Shown here piece by piece: positions 9,707 through 19,159 of a DNA stretch of 38,525 nucleotides; position 1 is the stretch's first letter; every line of letters begins with the position of its first letter. Source of the DNA: a candidate division WOR-3 bacterium (GTDB taxonomy: Bacteria > Hydrothermota > UBA3072 > B12-G15). The stretch spans positions 1 through 38,525 of the forward strand of contig CBFGJG010000017.1 in the NCBI GenBank assembly GCA_965649055.1, read 5' to 3'. The translations under genes were made by a program, and so were the position numbers. The notes under the pieces were generated by a model that was not told where the DNA came from, made no database searches, and worked only from the letters and a program-made list of their open reading frames with translations.

Positions 9707-9734
9707 TTGACAAATTGGATTTCCGTTTTATAAT
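9707..9734 (+). promoter_or_regulatory. Sigma70-like promoter with perfect hexamers
   Basis: TTGACA-N16-TATAAT, then AAGGAGG and ATG 9753. Confidence 0.75.
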
Positions 9735-9752
9735 TTCAAAAAAGGAGGATTT

Positions 9753-10700
9753 ATGGGAATAATGTTTACTTCACAGGAAATAATTGAAACTGCAATTAGT
9801 GCAGAAGTGAATAGCAAGAAGTTTTATGAAGAGATGTCAAAGAAGGTAAAAGAGAAAGAAATTAAAAAACTTTTTGAAGAACTCGCAAATATTGAAAAGG
9901 CACATATAAATGATTTTAAAAGCCTTTACGATAAGATTAAGAATAAGAAAGAAGAGATAGCTGGAGATGAGGAGGAATTTTCAAGGTATATGCGTTCTTA
10001 TATGGAATCCTGGGTATTCAAGACATTTGAAGAGAAGAAGGACATGGTTAATGTTAATGACATTCAGTCAATCCTAAATTTCGCAATATCTTTTGAAAGG
10101 GAAACAATCCTCTTCTATCATGGAATAAAAGATAATGTATCAAAAGAAGCATCAAAGATAGTGAATGAGATAATAAAACAGGAAATTGAACACATTATTA
10201 ACCTTGATAACATATTAAAGGAAATGAAGGGAAATGTTGACGAACTTTTAATAGTCGCATTGGAGAGTGAATTACTTGCAAGCAGATTTTATAAAGATGC
10301 TGCAAAGAAGTCAGAAAGTTCAACCGCAAGAAAGTTTTTCAGGGAACTTTCCGAATATGAAATGAAACATTATGAAAATATAAAGCAGATTATAGAAGCA
10401 AGGGAAGGACATAAAAAGGTAAAAAAATTAAATATTGAGAAGATGAAAGAAAAGATAAAACCTGAAGTAAAAGGTGAGTTTGAACCTAATAAAACAGAAA
10501 TTGCAGATGTTCTGACTATTGCTATAGATGCTGAAAAAAAAGCATATGAAAGATATAAAAGACTTGCTGAAAAAATAGAAGATGAACAAGGAAAAAAAAT
10601 ATTTGAATCACTTGCGGAAGAAGAGAGAAAACACCAGAGGATTCTTGAAGATGAATTTTACAACATATCAAATAAAGGTGTAATTATCTGGGGTGATTAA
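9753..10700 (+). CDS. Tandem rubrerythrin/ferritin-like di-iron protein
   Basis: Four A..E......Y / E..H helix-pair motifs (EKAH, EIEH, EMKH, ERKH), i.e. two four-helix bundles. Confidence 0.85.
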   Translation: MGIMFTSQEIIETAISAEVNSKKFYEEMSKKVKEKEIKKLFEELANIEKAHINDFKSLYDKIKNKKEEIAGDEEEFSRYMRSYMESWVFKTFEEKKDMVNVNDIQSILNFAISFERETILFYHGIKDNVSKEASKIVNEIIKQEIEHIINLDNILKEMKGNVDELLIVALESELLASRFYKDAAKKSESSTARKFFRELSEYEMKHYENIKQIIEAREGHKKVKKLNIEKMKEKIKPEVKGEFEPNKTEIADVLTIAIDAEKKAYERYKRLAEKIEDEQGKKIFESLAEEERKHQRILEDEFYNISNKGVIIWGD

Positions 10701-10804
10701 ATAATATAGAATTAATTAGATTTTTTTAATTTTAAGATCAAAAATCTGAAAGACTGAATCCATTTATAACTTTGTGTATAATTGATCAAAGGTAATTTAA
10801 AATA

Positions 10805-11473
10805 TTAACAATTGAATATTGAAACTTCTAAAACTTTTTTTACAAGAAATTGAGAATATTGGACTGCAATCTTTTTTATTCTGTAAAATCTTTCTTTATC
10901 ACCTCTTGTCCATCTTAGATTATCTTTATTCTCACCAAAACCAAATGCACCATGTGGGAAATCATCAATGAAAAATAGTGGTCCAACATACGCTATTCTT
11001 AAACCTGCAGGTGGTTTTGAACCCGAAAAAATAGCATCTATTGTCTTTTTTTTATCACCATCTTCTAAATCAATAAAATTTGAATGGCTGAAAAAATCCT
11101 GTAATGAATGTAATGTTACACCAAGATAATACAATGCTTCCCTATTATTTTGAAAACTAACAACATCAACAGGCCGCTTACCCATTTTCTCATAAATGCA
11201 TTTAACAGATGTTTCAATAAATCTTCTTCCAGCATTAAATGCATTCAGGTGATATTCAATATTTCCTCTTGATATCTTCCTTCTTTCAAAATGTGAAGGT
11301 GATGAAGAGCCTATCTCAACAGGTCCTATATGTATTCTCAAATCCTTCCATCTACCTATCCATGAAAGAAAGCTTATTGATTTATCCGAAAATCCCAATG
11401 GTTTTAATGCATCATAAATAATTTTTTTATGAACATCACCAATTATTGGTGGTATTCCCCAGGCGTCGAAGAT
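10805..11473 (-). CDS. HET-C-like / Zn-dependent phospholipase C-fold protein; start uncertain
   Basis: LGVTLHSLQDFFSHSNF motif; the frame stays open upstream of the track start (TTG 11398) and encodes ..AWGIPPIIGDVHKKIIYDAL. Confidence 0.6.
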   Translation of the reverse strand: MFDAWGIPPIIGDVHKKIIYDALKPLGFSDKSISFLSWIGRWKDLRIHIGPVEIGSSSPSHFERRKISRGNIEYHLNAFNAGRRFIETSVKCIYEKMGKRPVDVVSFQNNREALYYLGVTLHSLQDFFSHSNFIDLEDGDKKKTIDAIFSGSKPPAGLRIAYVGPLFFIDDFPHGAFGFGENKDNLRWTRGDKERFYRIKKIAVQYSQFLVKKVLEVSIFNC

Positions 11474-11479
11474 TTCCTC

Positions 11480-12244
11480 CTAAAAGAATTTTTTTAGATA
11501 CTTAAATAATTCTTTTTGTATATCTTGATTTCCTGCAATTATTGAACCTTCAAGAATATTTTCATTCCCTTCAAAGTCAGTAACAATTCCACCAGATTCC
11601 CTTATCATAAGTATCCCTGCCCCAATATCCCATTTTTTCATATTGAATTGAACCGCTGCTTCAACCCTTCCACAGGAAATATAAGCAAGGTCTAATGCAG
11701 CTGAACCAAGCCACCTTAACGCATTCACATTACCAAATAAAGAACTTATAAATGAAATGTATTTATCTTTTACATTATATGCTGAAACTGGAAATCCAAA
11801 TGTTATTATTGAACCTGACAATTCTTTAATCTTGTTTACTTCTACCCTTTTATTATTAAGATATGTTCCTTTCCCTTTCTCAGCATAGAAAAATTCATCC
11901 CTTGTAGGTTCGTATATTGCACCCCAGATTATCTCATCTTTTTTTATACAGGATAAGGATATACAGAAATAAGGGATGCCGTGTATAAAATTTATCGTTC
12001 CATCAACAGGGTCTATGTATATCATTTCTTCTTTCTCAATCAAAGCACCTTCCTCACCGCAAATTCCGGCATCGTATAAAGTTAGAAGATTTTTCGCAAG
12101 GAATTCCTCTGATTCTTTATCAGCAATAGTAACATAATCAAGTCTTCCCTTACTATTCACATCTTCAATCTTCAGTCTCGTGAAGTATTTCATTATTATT
12201 TTATCCCCGCATTCTCTCAATAATTCCCTCAATTCATTCATCAT
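11480..12244 (-). CDS. suhB: Inositol monophosphatase family protein
   Basis: GEE, IDPVDGTINF, GSAALDLAYI and WDIGAG motifs. Confidence 0.9.
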   Translation of the reverse strand: MMNELRELLRECGDKIIMKYFTRLKIEDVNSKGRLDYVTIADKESEEFLAKNLLTLYDAGICGEEGALIEKEEMIYIDPVDGTINFIHGIPYFCISLSCIKKDEIIWGAIYEPTRDEFFYAEKGKGTYLNNKRVEVNKIKELSGSIITFGFPVSAYNVKDKYISFISSLFGNVNALRWLGSAALDLAYISCGRVEAAVQFNMKKWDIGAGILMIRESGGIVTDFEGNENILEGSIIAGNQDIQKELFKYLKKFF

Positions 12245-13104
12245 TCACCCCTTGGATGTGCCTTTTTATAAATCTCTTTTAATTTTTCAATTGTGTAATG
12301 TGTATAAATCTGTGTTGTTGACAAAGATGAATGACCAAGGAGTTCCTGAACAGCCCTCAGGTCTGCACCTTTTGTTAAAAGATGTGTTGCAAAAGTATGT
12401 CTCAATGTATGTGGACTCATCCTTGTTAATGTGGTAACCTGTGATATGAATCTATTAACAATCCTTTGAAGGTCCCTTTGTGTTAATTTTTTACCTGTCT
12501 TGCTTAAGAAAAGATAACCTTCGTTTTTTCCCCTTAATTCAATATATCTTTTAAGGCTTTCAACAGATTTCTTTGTCAATGGCAGAATCCTGTATTTTTT
12601 TCTCTTACCAAAAACACTTATTGTTTCATTGAAAAAATTTATATCAGATAATTTTAAATTAACAAGTTCTGAAGCCCTTAATCCACTACCATAAAGCAAT
12701 TCAAAAATAGCAATATTTCTGATATCAAGTAAATTATTACCTGGAAGTAATTCAAACAATTCTTCCATCTCCCTTTCAGTTAAAAAAGAAGGTGATTTTC
12801 TCTTCTTCTTTGGTGATTTTATACTCAAAGCAGGATTCTGTTCTATCCTCCCTGTTTTCTTTAAAAATTTCATAAACGCCTTTATTGAAGAAATCTTTCT
12901 TGCCAGTGATGTGTTTGAATATCCATTGTTTAAAAGATGCGAAAGAAAATTTCTTATATCCATAGCTTTAATATATCTATAATCATCAATTCCGTTTTCT
13001 TTTAAAAAATTAAGAAACTGTAAAATATCATTCTCATAAGATTTTATTGTATGTTCTGAAACATTCCTTGAATTTAAATAATCAATGAAATCTCTTATAT
13101 CCAT
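12241..13104 (-). CDS. xerC: XerC-type tyrosine recombinase
   Basis: N-terminal SAM-like domain; catalytic GLRASE, GKRKK, HTLRHTFATHLL, LLGH, TQIYTH; ends HPR; embedded in a housekeeping operon. Confidence 0.88.
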   Translation of the reverse strand: MDIRDFIDYLNSRNVSEHTIKSYENDILQFLNFLKENGIDDYRYIKAMDIRNFLSHLLNNGYSNTSLARKISSIKAFMKFLKKTGRIEQNPALSIKSPKKKRKSPSFLTEREMEELFELLPGNNLLDIRNIAIFELLYGSGLRASELVNLKLSDINFFNETISVFGKRKKYRILPLTKKSVESLKRYIELRGKNEGYLFLSKTGKKLTQRDLQRIVNRFISQVTTLTRMSPHTLRHTFATHLLTKGADLRAVQELLGHSSLSTTQIYTHYTIEKLKEIYKKAHPRGE

Positions 13105-14315
13105 TATGTTTTGAGTTCCTTCTTCCTTGCAGCCGGGAAAAGAATATTATTAAGTATTAGTCTATATCCAGGTGAATTTTTATAAAGTTCAAGTAATGTT
13201 GGTGGGTCACCAACAAAATGCTGATAGTCTTCCGGGTCATGACCACCTAAAAAAGAGAATGTTCCTTTTCCACAAGAACCAAATATATATTTTACCTCAT
13301 CCGTCCCTTTCACCTCTCCAAGTATAAAAACATCACCTTTTATTCTGTTTTTTCTAAATCCAGTATCCTGTCCTAAAAACTCTTTAACATATCTTGTATG
13401 ATTCTGGATTAAAATAGTAGGTAGCACATCCCTTTTTGCATAGAAATCATTCAGTGTAAAAAATACCTTTTCCCCTCTTCCTGCTGCCTCCATTGTAATA
13501 TCAACATCTGAATGTTCATAGATTAAGATGTGTGTTATAAGGTTAATATCTTTAAATGCAAATGTCCTTGAAAAATCAGCCAGATTTTGATAATTTTCAT
13601 TTATACCATCACCATCTATTTCCGGCGGAACTATATCTATACCATAGAATGCAAGCGCAATATCAAGTGTTATAGGTGCTGAACACATTGTGAATAAAAA
13701 TCCACCATTCTGGACATATTCCCTTAATTTCAGAGCAACATCGTGTTTCATCTGCCAGACCTTCTTATACCCAAGTTTCCTTGCCATTTCTTCATTAACA
13801 TAGACTGTTTTTCTATACCAATCTGCATCTTTATATGCTGCATAAAATTTTCCATACTGACCCGTGAAATCTTCATGATGTAAATGTATCCAATCATACT
13901 TTGATATCTCACCTGAAATAATCTCCTTATCCCAGATTCTATCGTATGGAATCTTTGCATATTCAAGGGCAAGGCAAACCGCATCATCCCAGGGCCCTTC
14001 TATATCAGGTATGTAAACCGCTATCTTTGGTGCCTTCTCAAGTAGGACAACCTCCATATTCTCCCTTTCAATTATTCCGTATATCTCATTTACCTGGTCT
14101 TCCGAGATTTCAATGTATCTAACACCAAGTATATTTGCCTTCTCTTTTATGCCTTCAAGTGAAGGAAGAAGAAAACTTCCACCCCTGTAATTTAGAAGCC
14201 ATTCAGCATCAAGACCTTCCTTTAAAACCCAGTAAGTGAGGCCATATGCACGCAGATGGTCTGTCTGAACATTATCCATTGGAATTAAAATCCTAAAAAG
14301 AATAAAAATTATCAT
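13104..14315 (-). CDS. Conserved protein with a class-I glutamine-amidotransferase-like domain (family often labelled 'asparagine synthetase B')
   Basis: LIPMD..Q.DHL.AYG, WLLNYRGGSF, HLHHEDFTGQYGKFY, FTMCSA, GGHDPEDYQHFVGDPPT, SPGYRLILNNILFPAA. Confidence 0.7.
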   Translation of the reverse strand: MIIFILFRILIPMDNVQTDHLRAYGLTYWVLKEGLDAEWLLNYRGGSFLLPSLEGIKEKANILGVRYIEISEDQVNEIYGIIERENMEVVLLEKAPKIAVYIPDIEGPWDDAVCLALEYAKIPYDRIWDKEIISGEISKYDWIHLHHEDFTGQYGKFYAAYKDADWYRKTVYVNEEMARKLGYKKVWQMKHDVALKLREYVQNGGFLFTMCSAPITLDIALAFYGIDIVPPEIDGDGINENYQNLADFSRTFAFKDINLITHILIYEHSDVDITMEAAGRGEKVFFTLNDFYAKRDVLPTILIQNHTRYVKEFLGQDTGFRKNRIKGDVFILGEVKGTDEVKYIFGSCGKGTFSFLGGHDPEDYQHFVGDPPTLLELYKNSPGYRLILNNILFPAARKKELKT

Positions 14316-14321
14316 GATAAA

Positions 14322-14349
14322 ATATTAAAAAATTTTTATGATAAGTCAA
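14322..14349 (-). promoter_or_regulatory. Promoter for a leaderless transcript
   Basis: TTGACT-N16-TAATAT-N6-ATG(14315); no SD. Confidence 0.6.
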
Positions 14350-14388
14350 GACAAAATAAAAATTTAAAATATTTATAATTCTTTGACG

Positions 14389-14406
14389 AATTTCAATAGT
14401 CAAATT
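14389..14406. repeat. 18-bp quasi-palindrome, copy 1
   Basis: AATTTCAATAGTCAAATT, identical to 28528-28545. Confidence 0.7.
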
Positions 14407-14425
14407 CAACCTTTACACATTACAC

Positions 14426-14453
14426 TTGACATTATTTAAAAAAAATATATTTT
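14426..14453 (+). promoter_or_regulatory. Sigma70-like promoter
   Basis: TTGACA-N16-TATTTT upstream of ATG 14469. Confidence 0.45.
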
Positions 14454-14468
14454 ATATAAGAAAAAAAT

Positions 14469-15023
14469 ATGAGACCTGTGACTGCTTACGGTAAACCTAA
14501 TTTCTTAAAAGTTTCTTTAATTTTTATTTTTTTACTTATATTCCCACCAATTTTTATTTTAGGATTTATATTAAACTATCTTGAAAAATATCATATTACA
14601 ATAAAAATAGAATTAATTGCTATAGTCATAATAATTTATACTTTAGCTCTAATCTTCATTATTCTTCCTTTTCTGATTGCCACATTTTCAGAAGGGAGGA
14701 TAAAGGTAAATTCAGATTTCATTGAATGGATTATATCAGGTAAAAAAGGAAAGATATTCTGGAAACAACCACATTCTGTAAGTAAATGGCAATCTTCTTA
14801 CAAATATACATTATCTTATGATATACCCTATGAACAGAGCATTCCTGTGATTATCTATGAGATTTCACAAAACGGGGAATACTTAGTATTTTATCGTAGT
14901 GCAGGTTATGATGAAGTAAAAAATCTTCCATATAAGGAACTTTCAGGGTTTATGATTGTTTACAGGGCAAGGAAACTTACAAAAACAATTGATGAAATTG
15001 AGAAATATAAATGGAAACTTTAA
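14469..15023 (+). CDS. Hypothetical membrane protein (2 TM plus soluble C-terminal domain)
   Basis: 184-aa ORF with two N-terminal hydrophobic helices. Confidence 0.65.
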   Translation: MRPVTAYGKPNFLKVSLIFIFLLIFPPIFILGFILNYLEKYHITIKIELIAIVIIIYTLALIFIILPFLIATFSEGRIKVNSDFIEWIISGKKGKIFWKQPHSVSKWQSSYKYTLSYDIPYEQSIPVIIYEISQNGEYLVFYRSAGYDEVKNLPYKELSGFMIVYRARKLTKTIDEIEKYKWKL

Positions 15024-15517
15024 TACCTTTAGGTTGTGTAGTTAATGAACATTCTTCAATTTTAAGTATTACTTCTGATATAAAAGAAAGAATCGCAGCA
15101 GGATTATTTTCATCTGTTTTCGGAATTTCTTTTCTTTTAATTATTATAATTATTCCTTTTAAAAATATTGGTTTTGCCGGTGTTATTGTATTTTCTTTTA
15201 TAAGTATTTTTGCCTTTATATTATCTTTTTTAATTTTGTTTTTCAGGTCACAGATTGATTTTGATATTGACAGGAAAATTTTAAGTTTTAAATTCTTTTT
15301 TTTCAAAAAAATAATTGGCTCCTCTTCTCTCCCTATTGAAAATATTAATATTATAAGTTCCAAAACAAAAGGTAAGGGTGCTGAATTACAGATAATAATT
15401 AGCGAAAATAAAATATGGACAAGGTGGGCATTTTACTCAAAGCCCTTCTCAGATGAAGTATATAATAAAATAAAGGAACATCTTAAAGGTTTTAAGCATA
15501 TAAGGTTTATTACTTGA
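15011..15517 (+). CDS. Hypothetical membrane protein (2 TM plus soluble C-terminal domain)
   Basis: 168-aa ORF overlapping the previous stop, GAGA SD-like element, two TM helices. Confidence 0.6.
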   Translation: METLIPLGCVVNEHSSILSITSDIKERIAAGLFSSVFGISFLLIIIIIPFKNIGFAGVIVFSFISIFAFILSFLILFFRSQIDFDIDRKILSFKFFFFKKIIGSSSLPIENINIISSKTKGKGAELQIIISENKIWTRWAFYSKPFSDEVYNKIKEHLKGFKHIRFIT

Positions 15518-15542
15518 CAATTTGAAGAAAAATGCTTAAATT
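15514..15542 (+). promoter_or_regulatory. Promoter for a leaderless transcript
   Basis: TTGACA-N17-TAAATT-N5-ATG(15548); no SD. Confidence 0.55.
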
Positions 15543-15547
15543 ACAAT

Positions 15548-17503
15548 ATGCTTAAAAAAATTATATTGACCTTTTTAATATTTCTAATCTCTTTACTTTT
15601 ATCTATTTCAGGACCTTTTAAATACCTTGAATTAAAACTTCTTGATTCGAGGTTCAGGGTTCGGGGAATAAAAGAACCACCAAAGAATATTGTTATTGTT
15701 GAAATAGATGATATTTCCTATAAAACAATAGGACAGAGATTTCCATATCCAAGAAGTTATTATGCAAAATTCATAAAAAACCTTCAGAAATGCGGTGCTA
15801 AACTAATAGCAATAGATATTGAGTTTGATATAAATGATTTCGAGATAAAAAATGATTCCCTCTTTGCTGATGCGATATGTGATTTTAAAAATGTTGTCCT
15901 TGCTTCCAAAATCATTAAAGATGGGATAATTGAACCGGCAGAACCTATTTCAGATTGTGCACACACAGGATTTGTTAACACTATTGTTGACTTTGATGGT
16001 ATTATAAGAAAGTATCTCTTTAAAAGTAAAAAAGGTTATTCATCTTTTGCCTTAAAGATGTTTAATATACTCGGGAATGAACCTAATATTTCTGGTTTAC
16101 ATTATCTCTATTTTTATGGTCCTTCAAGGACATTCCAGTATGTTCCATTTTATCGTGTTTTGGATGATGAAGAATTTCTTTTAGGCATTGAAGATTCTGC
16201 GAATCAATTGAATATATTCAATGAAATCCTGAATGAAGGTGTTTTTAAAGATAAGATTGTTCTTTTAGGTGTTACTCTTGAAGAATTCAAGGATTTAGTC
16301 CCAACCCCATTTTACATATCATCAAAAGGGCTAACACCGGGAGTTGAGATACATGCTACTGCACTTGCAAATCTTTTAAATAATGAAAGAATAAATGTCT
16401 TTAATATTTTTATCCTATGGATTATTTTGATTCTTACATCTTTTTCACTATTATTCTTAAAATATTCAAAGCCAGTTATTATAAGTGTATTATTTTCCAT
16501 TTTAATTTTAACAATCGTCATTGTTGACTTCTTTCTCTTTGTTAAGATGAATCTCATAATAAGGCTTACTCCTATAATCCTTGTCCTTGTTATAACATAC
16601 ATAACAGGAATCACTGATTCGATATTTGTATCACAGAGAGAGAGAAGATATATTAAGAATGCATTCCAGAGATATGTTCCCGGTGTGATACTCGATGAAC
16701 TTGTAAAGAACCCGAAAGAAATTGTCCTTGGCGGTGAAGAAAAGGTCCTAACAGTAATGTTCACAGATATAGAAGGATTCACAAGTTTCTCAGAAGGTAA
16801 AGAACCAAAATATGTTGTAAATCTGATAAATCAGTATTTAAGCTCTATGACAAAAATAGTATTCAAACATAAAGGGACTGTTGATAAATATGAAGGTGAT
16901 GCTATTATGGCAGTGTTTGGTGCACCACATTATTTTGAAGAACATCCAGTTGAAGCAGTTTATTCAGCACTTGAGATGAAGGAAGAGGTCCAGAAGATGT
17001 GGAATGAAGGATTCCCGAAACTAAAAACAAGATTTGGAATAAATACAGGGAAGATGATTGTAGGAAACCTGGGGACCGAAGAAAGGATGGATTATACGGT
17101 TATTGGGGATAGTGTGAACCTTGCTTCAAGGCTTGAAGGTGCAAATAAATTCTACGGGACAACGATACTCATATCAGGTTCAACTGCTGAATATGTGAAG
17201 GATAAGATTCCATTGAGGGAAATAGATAAAATAAGGGTTAAAGGGAAGGTAGAACCTGTAACAATCTATGAACCTATGGGATTTGAATGGAACGACGCAT
17301 TAAGGATGTATGTTGAGAAATATCAGGATGCTCTAAAGTTTTACAGGGAAAGGAACTGGGATGAAGCAGAAAGGATATTCCTTGAAATATATAATTTTTC
17401 AAAAGACAGGGTATCAGGTATATTCCTTGACAGGATAACAATTTTTAGAAGGAATCCACCACCTGAAAATTGGGATGGTGTATTCACATTCACAGAAAAA
17501 TAG
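15548..17503 (+). CDS. CHASE2-domain class III adenylate/guanylate cyclase
   Basis: CHASE2 (IVIVEIDD, PYPRS, PGVEIHATAL), 3 TM, cyclase motifs FTDIEGFT, DKYEGDAIMA, DYTVIGDSVNLASRLEG, VKGK. Confidence 0.92.
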   Translation: MLKKIILTFLIFLISLLLSISGPFKYLELKLLDSRFRVRGIKEPPKNIVIVEIDDISYKTIGQRFPYPRSYYAKFIKNLQKCGAKLIAIDIEFDINDFEIKNDSLFADAICDFKNVVLASKIIKDGIIEPAEPISDCAHTGFVNTIVDFDGIIRKYLFKSKKGYSSFALKMFNILGNEPNISGLHYLYFYGPSRTFQYVPFYRVLDDEEFLLGIEDSANQLNIFNEILNEGVFKDKIVLLGVTLEEFKDLVPTPFYISSKGLTPGVEIHATALANLLNNERINVFNIFILWIILILTSFSLLFLKYSKPVIISVLFSILILTIVIVDFFLFVKMNLIIRLTPIILVLVITYITGITDSIFVSQRERRYIKNAFQRYVPGVILDELVKNPKEIVLGGEEKVLTVMFTDIEGFTSFSEGKEPKYVVNLINQYLSSMTKIVFKHKGTVDKYEGDAIMAVFGAPHYFEEHPVEAVYSALEMKEEVQKMWNEGFPKLKTRFGINTGKMIVGNLGTEERMDYTVIGDSVNLASRLEGANKFYGTTILISGSTAEYVKDKIPLREIDKIRVKGKVEPVTIYEPMGFEWNDALRMYVEKYQDALKFYRERNWDEAERIFLEIYNFSKDRVSGIFLDRITIFRRNPPPENWDGVFTFTEK

Positions 17504-17511
17504 GGGGAAGA

Positions 17512-18834
17512 ATGTTAAGAAAATTTTTAATATTATCCTTTATTTTTTTATGTATAAATCTTCAAAGTAAAGGTGTCTTTCAGGATAAGATGAAGAAGAT
17601 GGTAAAAGAGTTTGAGAATGTTTATAAGATTAATCCAGAGTTAGTTTTACCAACTAACATTGCTATATTTTCATTTTATTGTGATAAAAAATTGCAAGAT
17701 AAAGGTGTTGGGAATGCTATTCGTGAAATTCTCACACATTATATACTATATGAAGGTAAATTCAAGGTTGTTGAAAGGGAAGAAATGGAGAAAATCTTTG
17801 ATGAATGGAAATTGAGCCTTTCAGGTGCAATTGAAGAAGAAACCGCTATTAAAGTCGGGAAGATGATTGGCGCAAGATTACTTATAATAGGAAACATTGT
17901 AAAAATAGGTAAGAATTATCAGATAACAGCAAAGATGATAGATTCAGAGACTGGTGAGGTTGTTATTTCAAGTTATACAGATGTTGATGCAAAGACATTT
18001 GAAGAAGAAGCAAAACCTTACCTTACACTTGTTCCTGAAACACAGGCAATAGGACTTTATTTCTTTACAATGCTTCCTGACTGGTCAAATTCAGAAGCAC
18101 TTCTGCCTGATACAGTTCAGGGTATATTTATTGATAGTCTTGGAACACACAAAGACACTATTGATTATTTTTTTATTATAAAACCTGAAGAACCATTAAG
18201 GGTAAGGGAATATAGTCTTGGAGGCGGGATAAAATATTTTCCATTCAAGCATCTTATGATTAATGCTGCTATAATGGGCAAGTCAGTCAATATAACAAAA
18301 GAAGCAGAAGGTGGTGAAGGGCCTTTTAATACAGATATATATTATAGATTTAATAATGATACATTAAAACAGGTTCCTTATGAAATAATGAAAAATTTAT
18401 ACGGTGGTTTAGGGATTAAGTTAGGAATAAATTTTCCTTTTAATATTACAAGGTTTTTGAAGATTTATCCCGGTGGTGAGATAGAATGGTATTTTATAAC
18501 CTCTCAATCTCAAATCATTTCGCCAGAAATATTTTATAATGGAACAAACTACTCTATTATTTGTAATTGGCAAACAGAAATAAAAAATATGGATAACTTA
18601 TTCACATTAAACCTTGGTCTCGAATTTAGACCACAGGCAAGGATAGGATTCTCAGTTACAGGGAAATACAGATTCTTCCATGAATATACAAATCGTATAT
18701 CAATATATGGTCTTTATCAGGATAATATTGATGATGGAAATATGGTTCCATTCCATATAACAGATTATATTGAGTATTTTAAATTCTTTGGAGAAACTTA
18801 CACACTTGACTTTGCAATTTCGCTGTATTTTTAA
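17512..18834 (+). CDS. Exported protein: CsgG/FlgO-like N-terminal domain plus a probable outer-membrane beta-barrel
   Basis: ATG 17512 after GGGGG SD; signal peptide; VEREEMEKIFDE...GKMIGA motif; amphipathic strands ending AISLYF. Confidence 0.65.
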   Translation: MLRKFLILSFIFLCINLQSKGVFQDKMKKMVKEFENVYKINPELVLPTNIAIFSFYCDKKLQDKGVGNAIREILTHYILYEGKFKVVEREEMEKIFDEWKLSLSGAIEEETAIKVGKMIGARLLIIGNIVKIGKNYQITAKMIDSETGEVVISSYTDVDAKTFEEEAKPYLTLVPETQAIGLYFFTMLPDWSNSEALLPDTVQGIFIDSLGTHKDTIDYFFIIKPEEPLRVREYSLGGGIKYFPFKHLMINAAIMGKSVNITKEAEGGEGPFNTDIYYRFNNDTLKQVPYEIMKNLYGGLGIKLGINFPFNITRFLKIYPGGEIEWYFITSQSQIISPEIFYNGTNYSIICNWQTEIKNMDNLFTLNLGLEFRPQARIGFSVTGKYRFFHEYTNRISIYGLYQDNIDDGNMVPFHITDYIEYFKFFGETYTLDFAISLYF

Positions 18835-19159
18835 AAATACTAAGTTCGATCTTCTGTTTAAATAATAGAGAAATTGTAGGACACATAGTTAAATTATTAT
18901 TCTATCTTTAAAATATCGTAAATATGATATTTATAATTTATCCATATTCAATTTATTATGTATTATTCCGAAGACTTGCTGACCTTACCTACCAAAGCCT
19001 GTGGGAATATCTAAATCCAAAGTTGAAAGTTTATGACTGAAACCAATTATTGCAAGTTCTTTCAAAATTTGAAAATGATTATCTTAAATTTTATTATTTA
19101 ATATTTGTTAAAACTCAATTCTCTATTATTTATTTTGAATATTAACTCAAATATAATAT

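Noticed and set aside
11480..11482. Genome-wide TAG recoding
   Set aside because: TAG at 17501-17503 ends the cyclase at its expected C-terminus, and no other gene shows an internal TAG
12241..13104. Tyrosine recombinase as a phage or island integrase
   Set aside because: XerC-like size and motifs, translationally coupled within a housekeeping operon, no att repeats or mobile cargo
17470..17511. Track start at TTG 17470
   Set aside because: Overlaps the cyclase; ATG 17512 has an SD and yields a signal peptide
18835..19159. Possible sRNA or gene fragment between convergent genes (..RRLADLTYQSLWEYLNPKLKVYD*)
   Set aside because: No start, SD or convincing structure; too short to support
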